From Octopus sinensis (Eukaryota): a stretch of 64,000 nucleotides of DNA. Where the stretch lies: positions 124,001 through 188,000 of the forward strand of contig NC_042998.1 of the NCBI RefSeq assembly GCF_006345805.1, given 5' to 3'. This document shows, piece by piece, positions 51,726-64,000 of this stretch (positions within the stretch are counted from its first letter, which is position 1; every line of letters begins with the position of its first letter). The notes under the pieces are model-generated. The model saw only the letters and a program-made list of their open reading frames with translations, was not told the origin of the DNA and did no database searches. The position numbers were made by a program, and so were the translations under genes.

Positions 51726-51759
<34 letters not shown>

Positions 51760-52417
51760 CATATACACGATGGGCTTCTTTCAGTTTCTGCCTACCAAAT
51801 CCACTCACAAGGCTTTATATGTATATGTGTGCGTGTGTCTTTGTATCTGCCTTTGTCACACCACCACTGCTTGGCAACGGGTGTTGCTTTGTCTATGTCC
51901 CTGTAACATAGCAGTTTAAAAAAAGAGACTGATCCAGAAGAATAAGTAACTGACTTTAAAATCCCAGAAAAAGTATTGGTAATGATTTATTTGATTAAAA
52001 CTCTTCAGTGTGGTGCCTCAGCATGGCTGCAGTTCAATAAGTGAAACAAGTAAAAGATAAAATATTCCACTAACTTTATTTTGAAATTTCAAACTTTAAA
52101 AAAAAAATGACAAGCCTTCCCACACCACCAAGAACCTCTCAATTCAAATTTCCAATTTCTAAAAGAATCAATTCTAACATAATGCTAGATATATAAAGGA
52201 AACTAAAACTCCATGAACAAACTTAGCAGTAGAATTTAGTTCAAATTGAACTGTTCAATTTGAAGACTCCACTAGAGTGGACAAAAGCGCTAATATATGA
52301 TATATGATTTATAAAAACATGTAACATACTAATAAATATCTGTAGATATAAAACCATCCAAATTTTTGAGTACCTCATTTCTTCTAATATATAATACCTG
52401 TACATCATCTCCAAACC

Positions 52418-52468
<51 letters not shown>

Positions 52469-52554
52469 TACATTGAATTCACCTTAAATGGTCCCTTTGC
52501 ATACTGAATACTTGGTGAAATTGATTAATTAATTAATTTTACCCTCAATTGTTG

Positions 52555-52591
<37 letters not shown>

Positions 52592-53089
52592 GCGTGTGAA
52601 TGTGTGTATGTTTGTGATTCCTTGTTTCGATATCATGTAATAGTTGTAAATGAGTGTTATTGTCATACAAGTAATGTCACTGGTTCCAATATTCTGGCCA
52701 TGAGAAAATATTACCTTACTTGGAAACAGGAGACAAATAATGACAGGAAGATCAGCTGGCCACAGACCATCTGGCTTAATAAACTCCATCCAACCCAAAC
52801 ATGGAAAGATGGCTATTAAAACAATGATGATGATATGATGATGATGATGAAGCTGATGATGACAATGATTAAGGTTTGCCATTAAATCAAAAACATCTAT
52901 TGCAAAAAAAAAAAAGAGTGGTGGGGGATTCATTTAATCAATTGATACAGGTGAATTTTCCTAGAGATGATTTCACCTTAAGAGCAGATGTGGGTATAAA
53001 CCTTAATGGCCATAATATTCCTGTGAAAAGTGATTATTAAGATTTTATTATATTTGAAAGATGTGTCTGATACACATTAATAGAATAAT

Positions 53090-54085
53090 ATTGGTTTCAA
53101 ATTTTGGATCAAGGGCAGCAAGTTTAGAAGAGGGGGTATGTCAATTGTACTGGCCCCAGTGTTCAACTGGTATGACCTCAGTGGAATTTGAACTCAGAAA
53201 TGCCACTTGGCATTTTGCTTGGTGTGCTAATGGTTCTGCTAATTCACTGCCTTATATTGATAAAATGATATTAATAAATGTTCTAGTATAGGTACAAGGC
53301 AAAGTTTGTTGGGATGGTTTTAGGGATTGAATAGACCCCTGTACTTGACAGATACTTTAGTGTATCAACCCTGGAAGAATGACAGCCAAAGTTAACTTTG
53401 GTAGGATAAGAACTCAGAATGAAAAGAGCTGGAACAAATACTACAAAGTATTTTTTCAGGTGCTCTAATGATTCTGCCAATCCACTACCCTTAGAAAAAA
53501 AATGAAAAATAAAATTTCAATATAGCCATAAAGCCTGAAATTTGAAGGTCAAGGGTTAGCTGATTAAATTGATCTCAGGACTTGACTAATGATTTATATT
53601 ACCAACCCCAGAGGGATAAAAAGTAAAGTTGGCTTCAGTGGGATTTGAACACAGAATGTAAATATCCAGGATAAATAATGTTCTAATGACTCTATCAATC
53701 CAACAATAAAAATATAAACGGAATGATAAACCAGTGAAATTAGTAGATTGGTGGTAGCGGTGCAATGCAGATATAGATTATTTTATTCTATAATTAAGAC
53801 AATAATATCACTCCCTTAAATAATATACCATAGCCACAAACAAAAATAATGTTCGAAAATAGGGTGATAAAATGTTCTATTCTTGGCACAAAGCCAGCAA
53901 TATTGAAGGGTGGGGAAGTCAACTATATCAACCCCTGGTGTTTGGCTGGTACTTATTTATTGACTCCAAAAGGTTGAAAGGCAAAGTTGACCCTTGTGGA
54001 ATTTGAACTCACTATATAAAGAGCTGGAAGAAATACTACAAAACATTTTTGTCAAGTACTCTAATGTTTCCTCCAGCTCAACACC
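53090..54085 (-). mobile_element. Array of about five degenerate SINE B copies
   Basis: Repeated ggaatttgaactcag modules with AT-rich tails. Confidence 0.7.
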
Positions 54086-54502
54086 GTGAGCCTTCAGCAT
54101 TTAAACTGGCCATACCTGGCCCCTCACACAAACCTGATGGTGTTATTGAAAACATAAATAATCAATTTAACAATATCTCAAAGCTACAAGATTACGCCTG
54201 ATTAATTTGAAACAATGTGAATGAATAAGTGGCGAACCCTGCTGTACTCTTTCACTACAACTTTCTCTCACTCTTTCTTCTTGTTTCTGTTGTACCTGTA
54301 TTTCAAAGGGCCAGCCTTGTCACACTCTGTGTCATGCTGAATCTCCCCGAGAACTGCATTAAGGGAACATGTATCTGTGGAGTGCTCAGCCACTTGCACA
54401 TTAATTTCATGAGAGGCTGTTCCATTGATTGGATCAAATGGAACCCTCATCGTCATAACCAATGGAGTGCCACGATATATATATATATATATGAATGATT
54501 AC

Positions 54503-54603
54503 ATAAAGATAGTTATGGCTGGTTTGTGGGGTTTCACATCCATAAAGAGCTTAGCTTTACAGCGTTCCTTCAGACCCCATGGACCAGCCATAACTATCTT
54601 TAT
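54503..54603. repeat. Fold-back element, about 30-bp arms
   Basis: ataaagatagttatggctggt / accagccataactatctttat is a perfect 21-bp pair that extends with G.U-type mismatches. Confidence 0.88.
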
Positions 54604-55637
54604 CTAATTACTCTACTGTTCTATAATTTAGTGTGTACTTCTCTTTTGGATTTATGATTTACTGACAGTATATATATGTTATCTATTTGATGCAGAAAAT
54701 AAATAAAACATTGATTACACAAGAATCGTATCTGTATAACATAGAGATTTATACATTGTATATGATCAGGATGAGTCTGAAAATTTACATGAAGACAATT
54801 ACATGGATATGTATTTGTTCTTAGTATGATATTACAAATTAGTACTGAATGACTGAAAGCAAAGTAGAGAAATGAGGACTCTTTAGTCTAGTAGGGGAGA
54901 AAGCAACATTAGCAGAAGATTTCTTAAAGCTTTTCCCTATCTTCATACTCTAAGCTACTCCACATTTCATGTCTAATCTCCATAACTGGTTTCTTCTATT
55001 TTATGTCTGACCTTTGGTTTCCTCTATTGATTCTACTATAAGTTAACCCCCTACATTGCACTCAAACTTTTTGTTCCTAAACCTTTCTGCTGAAATTCTC
55101 TACTCACCAATCTTTGTATAGCCAGTACAGTCTATCAACTAATTGCTTCTTCATCATCATCATCATCATCATCACAGCCACCGCCAGCACCAGTGCCAGC
55201 ACCATCATTATTTAATGTCTGCTTTTCTATGCTGGCATGGGTTAGATGGTTTGACTGGAACTAGTAAGCTGGAGAACTGCACTAGGTTCCAGTCTGATTT
55301 GGCATGGTTTTCTATGGCTGGATGCCCTTCTTAATGTCAACCACTACGTGAGTGTAATGGGTGCTTTTTTTTTCATGTGCCACCATCACGTGTGCCATTT
55401 ACATGACACTGGCAATAGTCATGATTATGGTTTCACTTGGCTTGATGAGTTTTCTCAAGCACAGCAAGTCATGAAGATCTCAGTCACTTGTCATTGCCTC
55501 TGTCATACAATTATACAAGAAAACCAAAGAACATATATTCATCCATTCTTGTAAAACAACATTTAAAACTTCTGTTTTTCACATAAGCACTCACAAAATT
55601 TAGATACTATGTTGAATTTAGTGTATATCCTGTCTAA

Positions 55638-56038
55638 TCTATAATATAAATTGGATATGAGCGATCGTTGTCTTCTTTCTTGTCTTGTGGTTCACAGCCA
55701 AACGGCCGGGTGGATTCGCGTGAAAAATAGCACACATGTGGAGACGGGTGCATAGATTGGAATGTGGTTTGTATTTTTTTTCCTAGCACCCATACTTACT
55801 GAGAAAATCAATAAAATTTTTTTCTAATGGAATTCCTTTTGCTTCTGCCATTAAAACAACCAGTTGCTGTTTTCTGACATGGTGGGGTCAGGAAATTTTC
55901 ATACAGCTGGAGGCTGCAATCAAAACAGGGGACCCGATATGATAATGTTGAGAAAAGCTGTTATAGATTATGCCTGACCAAAAACGATCACAGCCACATC
56001 ACCCAAACAGATCGGGTGAAACCGGGCTTAGCTGCTTG
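55638..56038 (+). mobile_element. Non-autonomous Helitron-like element
   Basis: A|TC start, subterminal hairpin cgg-gtgaaa-ccg, degenerate CTTG|T end. Confidence 0.6.
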
Positions 56039-57270
56039 TTAACTATATCCAGCATAAAGTCTATTCTGTATGCCTTCTTCTTGTATACAAGAGCATTTTA
56101 GATATTTACAGTATTGCATGTGATCTGTCATATTAAATTCTATAATTAACTATGTTCAGTTATGAATCCCACCATCAAAAAACGAAAACAAAAACAAAAA
56201 ACAAAAAACAAAACCCGCAGAATGAATTGGTGATAAGCTGATAACATATCCCGTATTTCAAACAGGACTGATCTGAACAGACAGCAAAATAAGGACATTT
56301 AGAAGTGGTTTCATTCATAGGAAAAAATATCTCTTATTAATGAATATTCTAAACTTTTACCGTTGTATAAAATTGTAAAAAAAATTAGATAAGATGTTCA
56401 TTTTCGACAAAAATTTGGATAACAAAATAGAAAACATGAAGGTGATTTAATACAATATATGATAAAAAGCCAAATAAAAAGTTGGCAGTGTGTGTACAAA
56501 GCAACCAACAGAGGACACAGAGAAACCAGTATCACTGAGACTAATCTGATAGAAAACTCCCATTTCAAGCACTGCCAAGGCTTATTGTAAAATTAAGCAT
56601 CTTGCAAGGTGGGGGTGAGGAGAGTAGCAGCCAAGAAAGGGTTTGTCAATTCAATCAAATACTTGGGACCAGAAATGGAGTTATTTATGGTAAAAGTTCT
56701 TTGATTTATGGCAATTTTAAAATAAGTAAATAGATTTTAGAGAAAGACTGCATCAGGCTATTATTGTTTTTTGAAATCTCAACATGCAAAAGGTAAGCAG
56801 TATGATGGTATTCCAAGTGTTAACAATGGAAATAATTACAAAGAATTTGAGAAAACTGATAGATATGACTTACTGGATATGTTATGGACATTTAGAAGAT
56901 AAAGGTTTTCTTAACATGATGGCTAGTAATTAATAAAGTGCGGAGTATGCATAAACAATGAGAACCAATAAAATAAGAGCATGTTATCTGGTTATGCTTA
57001 ACTGGCATTTGGTTTACATATACATACACAAACATCCATCCATTCAAACATATAAACATCCATCCACTGTGTAGCACTTTAGGCAAGTGTCTTCCATTAT
57101 AGACCCAGGTTTACCAATATCTTATGAGTAAATTTGGCAGATGGAAACTGTGTGGAAGCCCATATATGATGATCATCATCATCCTTTAACACATTGGTCT
57201 CCACGCTGGCATGAGTTGAACATTACACTTATCTGATGGATTACTCTGCATTTTTATAGAGTACAAATTT

Positions 57271-57343
57271 GTTATTCTTATTCAAGAATGTTGTTGACAA
57301 TAACTTCAAAGTCACTGTCAACAACATTCTTGTATAAAAATAA
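57271..57343. repeat. Small fold-back with a 17-bp perfect core
   Basis: caagaatgttgttgaca / tgtcaacaacattcttg. Confidence 0.85.
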
Positions 57344-57749
57344 TATATATGTATGTATGTATGTGTGTATGCCTTTGTGTTTGTCTTTACCTCCACTATT
57401 TGACAGCTGGTGTTGGTTTATTTATGTCCATGTAACTTAGAAGTTTGGTAAAAGAGTGATAGAATAAGTACCAGACTTAAAAATAAGAAGAGCTGGGATT
57501 GACTTGTCTGACTAAACCCTGCAACGAACTGCTCCAGCATGGCTAACATTCCAATGACTGAAACAAATAAGAAATAATCACCTGTAGGTGTAATTACTTA
57601 TGGGCCTTATTCTGCTGGGTGTAGTAATGGGTTTTCCATTTTTAACATACAAAGTTGCTGTCTTAGATGTGGAGACCCTTTAGCATTTCCATGATAGAAA
57701 CAATACTTCATTTGTTTTGATTTGAGTTTATGAAGAGAAGATAAATATC

Positions 57750-57984
57750 AAGGCAGCGAGCTGGCAGAGTGGTTAGCACTCCGGGTGGAATGCTTAGCGG
57801 TATTTTGTCTGCCGTTATGTTCTGAGTTCAAATTCCGCCGAGGTCGACTTTGCCTTTCATCGTTTCGGGGTCGATTAAATAAGTACCAGTCGGGTCAATG
57901 TAATCGACTTAACCCCTTTGTCTGTCCTTGTTTGTCCCCTCTATGTTTAGCCCCATGTGGGCAATAAAGAAATAAGAAATAAGA
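57750..57984 (+). mobile_element. SINE family B, full length
   Basis: AAGGCAGCGAGCTGGCAGAGTGGTTAGCAC head, GAGTTCAAATTCC B-box-like motif, conserved centre CTTTGCCTTTCATC.TTTCGGGGTCGAT, tail (AAGAAAT)n. Confidence 0.88.
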
Positions 57985-58844
57985 TAAACATTATGAACCA
58001 CATAAGAAACATTGGAAATAGGTAAGTTTGGTTACCTTAAGGAATGAATACATCTACAGTTTTGGACAAAGTTACCACAAAGAAAAATAAGCATTGGTCA
58101 CCCTGGAGCTTGTAGAAGCCATTTGGCTGGAGTGCTGCACAATAGGACTGACAACAAAAGACATGTGGTTGAGAAGCAAAGGTCTTAACCATACAACCAT
58201 GCCTGTGCTAACATATATATATTTTTGGGGCATCAAAAAGCTGGAGCATCTCTAACAACAAAAGCTTACTTCATGCTAGCCATCCAATGGTGTCTTGGGA
58301 AAAGTTTATAGTCAAAGCATAAAATCAACTATGATGGAATACTGGCTAAGATAGTTGGGACATGAGGCTAGAATGAAAGAAGTGAGATTTGCTTGTCAAA
58401 TATTCCCTCAGTATATTAACCACTGGTAAAAAAAAAAAAAAGATGAGGATGATGTCCTTCATACTCTTATCAAAATCAGCTAAAAAAAAAGCAAAAACAA
58501 CAACAACAACAACAAAACTAAGCTTCAAAATGGCTGAAATTGAGACCAAAACATGGGAAACTGCTCCAACTGTCTTCATACTATCATTACCAGAACTGAT
58601 ATTTTAGAACTCAAAAAACCCCAGATAAGTTGGAAAATGTACAGAAAAGATAATGCAACAACAACTGCCACTATTTCTTTTTTGCAATCTTTGCTTCCAC
58701 TTATTTTAGATAAGGACTGGCTTTCTTGGTCATCAATGCCATAAACATGATTGAACCAATCAATGAGGAAGAAATTGAAATTCTTGGGCATGAAAAATAG
58801 CCAATGACAACATGTACAGACAGCAAGAATATTAAAGTTAATAA

Positions 58845-59245
58845 AGGTTTCAAATTTTGGCACAAGGCCTGAAATTTTAGTGGGAGGCAGTAAGTGGATT
58901 ACATTGGATTCAGTGCTCGCCTGGTACTTATTTTACTAATTCCCAAAGGAATAAAAGACAAAGTTGACTTTGGCAAAATTTGAACTCAGAACACAAAAGG
59001 CTAGAAGACATGCTGCAGGTAGATATATTCTGACATTTCACTACCTTAATTATAATAATAATCCTTACTACTAAAGGCACAAGGCCTGAAATTTTGGGGG
59101 AGGGGACTTGTCGATTACATTGAATCCAGTGTTTCATTGGTACTTAATTTATCAAACCTAAGGGATGAAAGGAAAAGTCGACCATAGCAAAATTTGAACT
59201 CAGAACATAGCAATGTCCAGCATGCTAATCATTCTGCTAGCTTAT
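58845..59245 (-). mobile_element. Two tandem degenerate SINE B copies
   Basis: Repeated ggcacaaggcctgaaatttt...aatttgaactcagaaca modules. Confidence 0.72.
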
Positions 59246-59253
59246 CATTTTAA

Positions 59254-59509
59254 CCCTTTCGTTACTGGATTTATTTTGAGTTGCTCCGTGTTTCTTTCGA
59301 TTATTTTAAATATGTTAGTTAGTTAGTTAATTTGGCTCAAAAGCAATTAGCAAGGCCTTTAGTAAAATAACTTAGCTATCATTAAGCTCGTGTTAGGAAC
59401 ATAAATTGTGACTAAGGTTTGGGGGAAGATTTTAATTCAAATCTTATGAAAACAAGACATTTTTACTACAGGGCCAGAGCTGGTTTCAGTCGGGTTGGTA
59501 ACAAAAGGG
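59254..59509. mobile_element. TTAA-target MITE family 2
   Basis: ttaa|ccctttcgttac ... gtaacaaaaggg|ttaa; body matches 11093-11302. Confidence 0.85.
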
Positions 59510-59538
59510 TTAATAATAATAATAAAATATTACTATTA

Positions 59539-59586
<48 letters not shown>

Positions 59587-60177
59587 ATTTACACACACAT
59601 ATATACATATTTACACACACATATACATATATACACGCACACATATAATATTACTGTTTGTATGCCAGTTTTTTAGAATAGGTACATTGTATCATAAAAG
59701 ATAACAGGAAGTGCATTCAATCATAAAACACTGTTGCAGAAAAATTACCCAACCCTTGCCAGTATGGAGAATCAGATGTAAATGATAATATAATAATGAT
59801 AATAATGATGATATTAATATTATTATAGCAATACAGTGGGAATACTATAAAAGTGGACCCTGTCAAATACAGCAAAGAGCAATCTCAATACTTCAGCTAT
59901 GAGTCAGTAACAGTTGATCAAAGACTGAACAATGAAAATAATAACACATGAAAACTTTCTAAAGTATATATCATCATCATCATTATCATTTAATGTCTGC
60001 TTTCTATGCTGGCATGGCTGTATAGTTTGATCAGAGCTGGTAAGGCCAGTGTTTGCACCAGGTGCCATTATTCAGGCATGGTTTCTATGGCTGGATGCCC
60101 TTCCTAACACCAGCCACTCCACAGAGCATACTGGGTGCTTTTTATGTGGTACCAGCACCAGTGCTTTTAATGGGATC

Positions 60178-60510
60178 TTTACCCTTTGACGTACAGATTT
60201 AAAAACTAATTCTTTGCAACTAAACACTTTCAAACTCTGGACACTGGTAGAATGTGTCATATAAAACATGTTTTACTCTTACCATTTTTGTGAAAAACTT
60301 ATATTTTCGAAGTTATTTCACGTTAAAGTAGGCCTATTTTGGTAATTTCAACCAATCAATAATGCGTATTCAGCTGAATAAAATTACTGCTGTTGTTTGT
60401 CAACAATAACTATCGGCGGTGTTTTATAGGACACATTCTACTAGTGTCCGAAATTTGAAAGTGTTTAGTTACAAAAAATTATTCATTAAATCTGTACTTC
60501 AAAAGGTAAA
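60178..60510. mobile_element. MITE with long (about 90-bp) terminal inverted repeats
   Basis: taccctttgacgtacagattt...gtagaatgtgtcatataaaac pairs with gttttataggacacattctac...aaatctgtacttcaaaaggta. Confidence 0.8.
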
Positions 60511-60977
60511 GTTCCTTTTAATGTTGCTCCAGCATGAGTGCTTTATATGTGACACATAAAGTTATATATTGAGGCAACAATAATCATGATTCTGTGACTT
60601 TTGATTTTATGTATATTGAAATGGTATTTGGCTGTTAGTATAGAAACCAAGGAAATAAATGAAGATATGGTATTTTTACATACAATTAATGATATTTCTT
60701 CATTATCTTTCATCTTTTACATGCTTCAGTCATTGGATTGTGGCCATGCAGGGGGTTCACTTTAAAGAGTTTTAGTTAAACAAATTGACCCCAGTACTTA
60801 TTCTGTCAGTCTCTATTGCTACATTGCTGAGTTATAAGACATAAACAAGCCAATATAGGTTATCAAGTGGTGGTGGACACACACACAGGTACATACGTAT
60901 GCAGTATATATGCTCTTAGCTGTATAGGTGACTTGTCAAACTTGTGCATGTATGTATATACATGCATACATGTGAGA

Positions 60978-61089
<112 letters not shown>

Positions 61090-61369
61090 ATGTATGTGCC
61101 TGATGATGATATTACATGGTAACGTTTGTTGCCAGCTGAGCAAAATGATGATGTTTTCATCCCATGTTGGCATCACAATGAGCTGGTCTGCTATTCTGAT
61201 TATCTGTGGAATAAAAATCCCTTACTTGGAAAACAGGTAAGGCTTGACAACAGGAAGAGCAACAAGTTGTAAAATTCTGCCACAAATAAATTACTGTCCA
61301 GCCCATGCTAGCAAGGGAAACATAAGTTAAATGAAAACATACACAGACACACACAAATTTATATATATA

Positions 61370-62004
61370 CAGGGGTTGGACAAAATAATGGTAACACCCA
61401 GCATCAAAGCATCATAATTATAAAATATCTATAAAACCATCAAAAGCTTATTTATTTTTATGTGTTTTGATTTATTATTTGTGTTGCTTAATATGTTTTA
61501 CAAAAATTGCTGTTTGTTTCTTTTCAGATATCACCAGAAAAAGGTAATTAAAATTCATTAAAATGACAGATCTATCGGACTTTCAAAGAGGTCAAATTGT
61601 TGGTGCTCGTGTGGCAGGTGGTAATGTAATGAAAACAGCCAAAATGTTTGTTGTATCAAGAAGTACTGTCTCGAAAGCAATGACAGCCTTTGAGAAAGCA
61701 AGAAAACCCACCTCATCAAAACAAAACTTTGGAAGAAAACCAAATCTTTCAGATAGGGACCCTTGGACTCTTACGCGAATTGTTAGAAAGGATCACAAAA
61801 GTACAGCTCCCAAAATTACTGCAGAGCTTAATGACTACCTTGAGAACCCAGTTTTCACAAAAACTGTTCATCGGGAGCTGTACAAAGCTGGATTTCATGG
61901 GAGGGTTGCAATCAGAAAACCTCTATTTTCAAAACAAACGTTGCAAAGCGTTTAGAGTGGAGTAAAAACCTACAGATTTTATCCCTAGAGCAGTGAAAGA
62001 ATGT

Positions 62005-62008
<4 letters not shown>
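61370..62008 (+). mobile_element. Tc1-family transposon, 5' half: TIR plus N-terminal DNA-binding region of a frameshifted transposase, truncated at (TA)n
   Basis: TA|CAGGGGTTGGACAAAATAATGG terminus; ORF 61563-61955 MTDLSDFQRGQIVGAR...SRSTVSK...GRKPNLSDRD...TVHRELYKAGFHGRVAIRKPL; continues in another frame as NVAKRLEW...EQ*KNVI. Confidence 0.92.
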
Positions 62009-62042
<34 letters not shown>

Positions 62043-62316
62043 AAGACATAACAATGAAAAATGGAGAGTTATACACACCTTGAAAGTTTATTTAATAAAA
62101 ATACATTTTCTTCATATTACATTCTGACATGTGTTTCTGCTGAATAAGCGTCTTTGATATAATAGCTTTGTGTATTTTAAGCAGTTCTAAATATTTCCTA
62201 TCATTTGATGTGATTAGCCAAATTTGGATTTTATCAGAGTGCTCGTAAGGTATATCTGAGGAATTATTTCTGAGTGAGACTTTAGAAAAGTTGGTAGTTT
62301 TGGAAAAGATAGACAG

Positions 62317-62363
<47 letters not shown>

Positions 62364-64000
62364 CAGATAGATAGAGATAGAGAGAGAGAGAGAGACAGGG
62401 GAGAGAGGAGGGAGAACAAGAAAAACAGAAAAGAGTAAAATGAGCAAAAACAGAAATAAGAGAAAAACACAATCAAGTGAGAAAAAGAAATTGAACCAAA
62501 ACAGAGAGAAGAAAACAGAACCAAGAGAGAAAGGAAACTGAAATGATGAAGTGTGGGAAAGTGGGAAAGAACTAACAGATTTCAAGGAAGCAGCAAATAA
62601 GGATAGGTAAACAATGTAGTTAGATCAAGTTTTCTTAGAAAAACTCTGGCAACATGCACGAAAAGTGGTTATTTAATATTAAAAACAGGATGCAATAAGT
62701 CATGTAGTTGTTCACTCTGAGTTTTATATAATGGTATGAAACAGTTAAACAATGTCCAAGTTAATAGTTTGGTTAGAGATTAAAGAAGAAGCTAATCCCA
62801 ATAGGTTCAATGACAACAGATTAAAAACAGCAATGATAGAATTTTGAGGCTGAACTTTGAACCAAATTAAATCCCTCTGCCTTTTTCTTATAATAATTTT
62901 TAAAAAATATATATTTCTCTGGCACTGAAGAATTACTAAAGATGTTGAGATTTCAAACATCTCCAGGTAAAGAAAACAGAAGAATTTGGGCTTGGTCCTC
63001 AAAGATGCTCTAAACTGTGCATGCAGGAAATATTCATTAAAAAGCTTGCTAAAGAGTATTCATGAAAAACTATTTACTAAAGTGAATAGCATGCTGATTT
63101 GAATGAATGATGCTGAAAGGGACTAGTTTTGGCAAAACAAGGTGCAATAGGAAGAATGTTTGTTTCTGTCTTCGAAGCCAACGTAGAGGAGGTTGGTTAG
63201 ATGCTGTTAATGTCTTATGCTGACTCTATATAACTTAACAATTAAAGTTATTTCCTTCTGTTAATCCTAGTCAGCCGTTAATGGCTTAAAGTATGAAATG
63301 CACAGCAAAAGGAATCAATCAGAAAAAGGAAAAGCAGTTGGTTGGAGGTATGGTTAGAAATGGTGCAGAAAGGAATTATAAAAAGATGTACTCACCGAAA
63401 GCTATTAGGGACTGCTGTGTGCCTTGGTAACTGCTAAGTCATTGGATGCCAATGATTTGTCAAGGATTCATTTTTGTACATTTTTGTTTTGTATTGACAA
63501 GACATTCCCCATAAAACTGTGTCAAATTTCAACTTTTATAAATTTGAATTTCATTTTTTTAATTTTTATTTTTGTTAATTCAAGAATTGTGAAAAATATG
63601 TTCAGAGAATAATTTAGTATGGACGCCAAAAATTTCAACGTGTTTTCTATTTGGTTGTATAAAATACATTAATAAATTATCCTTCAGACTGATTCTAATG
63701 GAGTCATTGTGTTTAACTAAACTTAAGCTATTAAATGGATTATGTAATTCAAAGTAATGACTACATTGCATGAAGAAAGAATTGGTAACTGCTACAGGTA
63801 ACACAAGTGCAGGAAAGAGGAAATTGCAATGGGAAAGAAATAATTTGACAAAATTGAATCATCAAACAGTATAGTTTACTAAAATTCAGAATAGGTTGCT
63901 GCATATATGAATTACAAAACAGCTATGAAGTCTATGAACTAGATTTGATCCAGATTCTTACAGAGAATATTACAGAATGTAATAGAAGCCATCTTTAAAA

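Noticed and set aside
63395-63470. Minus-strand gtgagt donor near the window end, and similar ones at 39030, 55107 and 56872
   Set aside because: The upstream frames contain stops or show no Cys-rich NELL-like sequence.

Overview
This is AT-rich eukaryotic genomic DNA. The SINE/LINE families and (TA)n/(CAT)n-rich introns look like an octopod cephalopod (Octopus sp.); that is recognition from memory, not a search result. The only host gene I can support is the 3' part of a NELL1/NELL2-family gene on the minus strand. Eight phase-compatible GT-AG exons (40295 to 17356) splice into 347 codons plus a stop: EGF, EGF, cbEGF, cbEGF, three VWC modules, then ...RGHICCSFNQTCTALERSP*. Several of these exons are missing from the supplied ORF track, and the 5' exons lie beyond base 64000. 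The rest is repeat-derived: at least three SINE-like families, RTE and CR1-type LINE fragments, three non-autonomous Helitrons, Tc1/mariner relics, hAT and TTAA-type MITEs, a 29-bp minisatellite and many microsatellites, often nested in each other. The most unusual signal is a set of (TA)n-flanked fold-back (palindromic) elements. One of them (1171-1358, duplicated inverted at 2111-2298) contains a nearly complete minimal type I hammerhead-ribozyme motif, and others carry partial hammerhead-like halves, which suggests Penelope-like terminal repeats. There are also tight inverted SINE pairs inside NELL introns that could form dsRNA. I found no CRISPR array, rRNA or functional tRNA gene.
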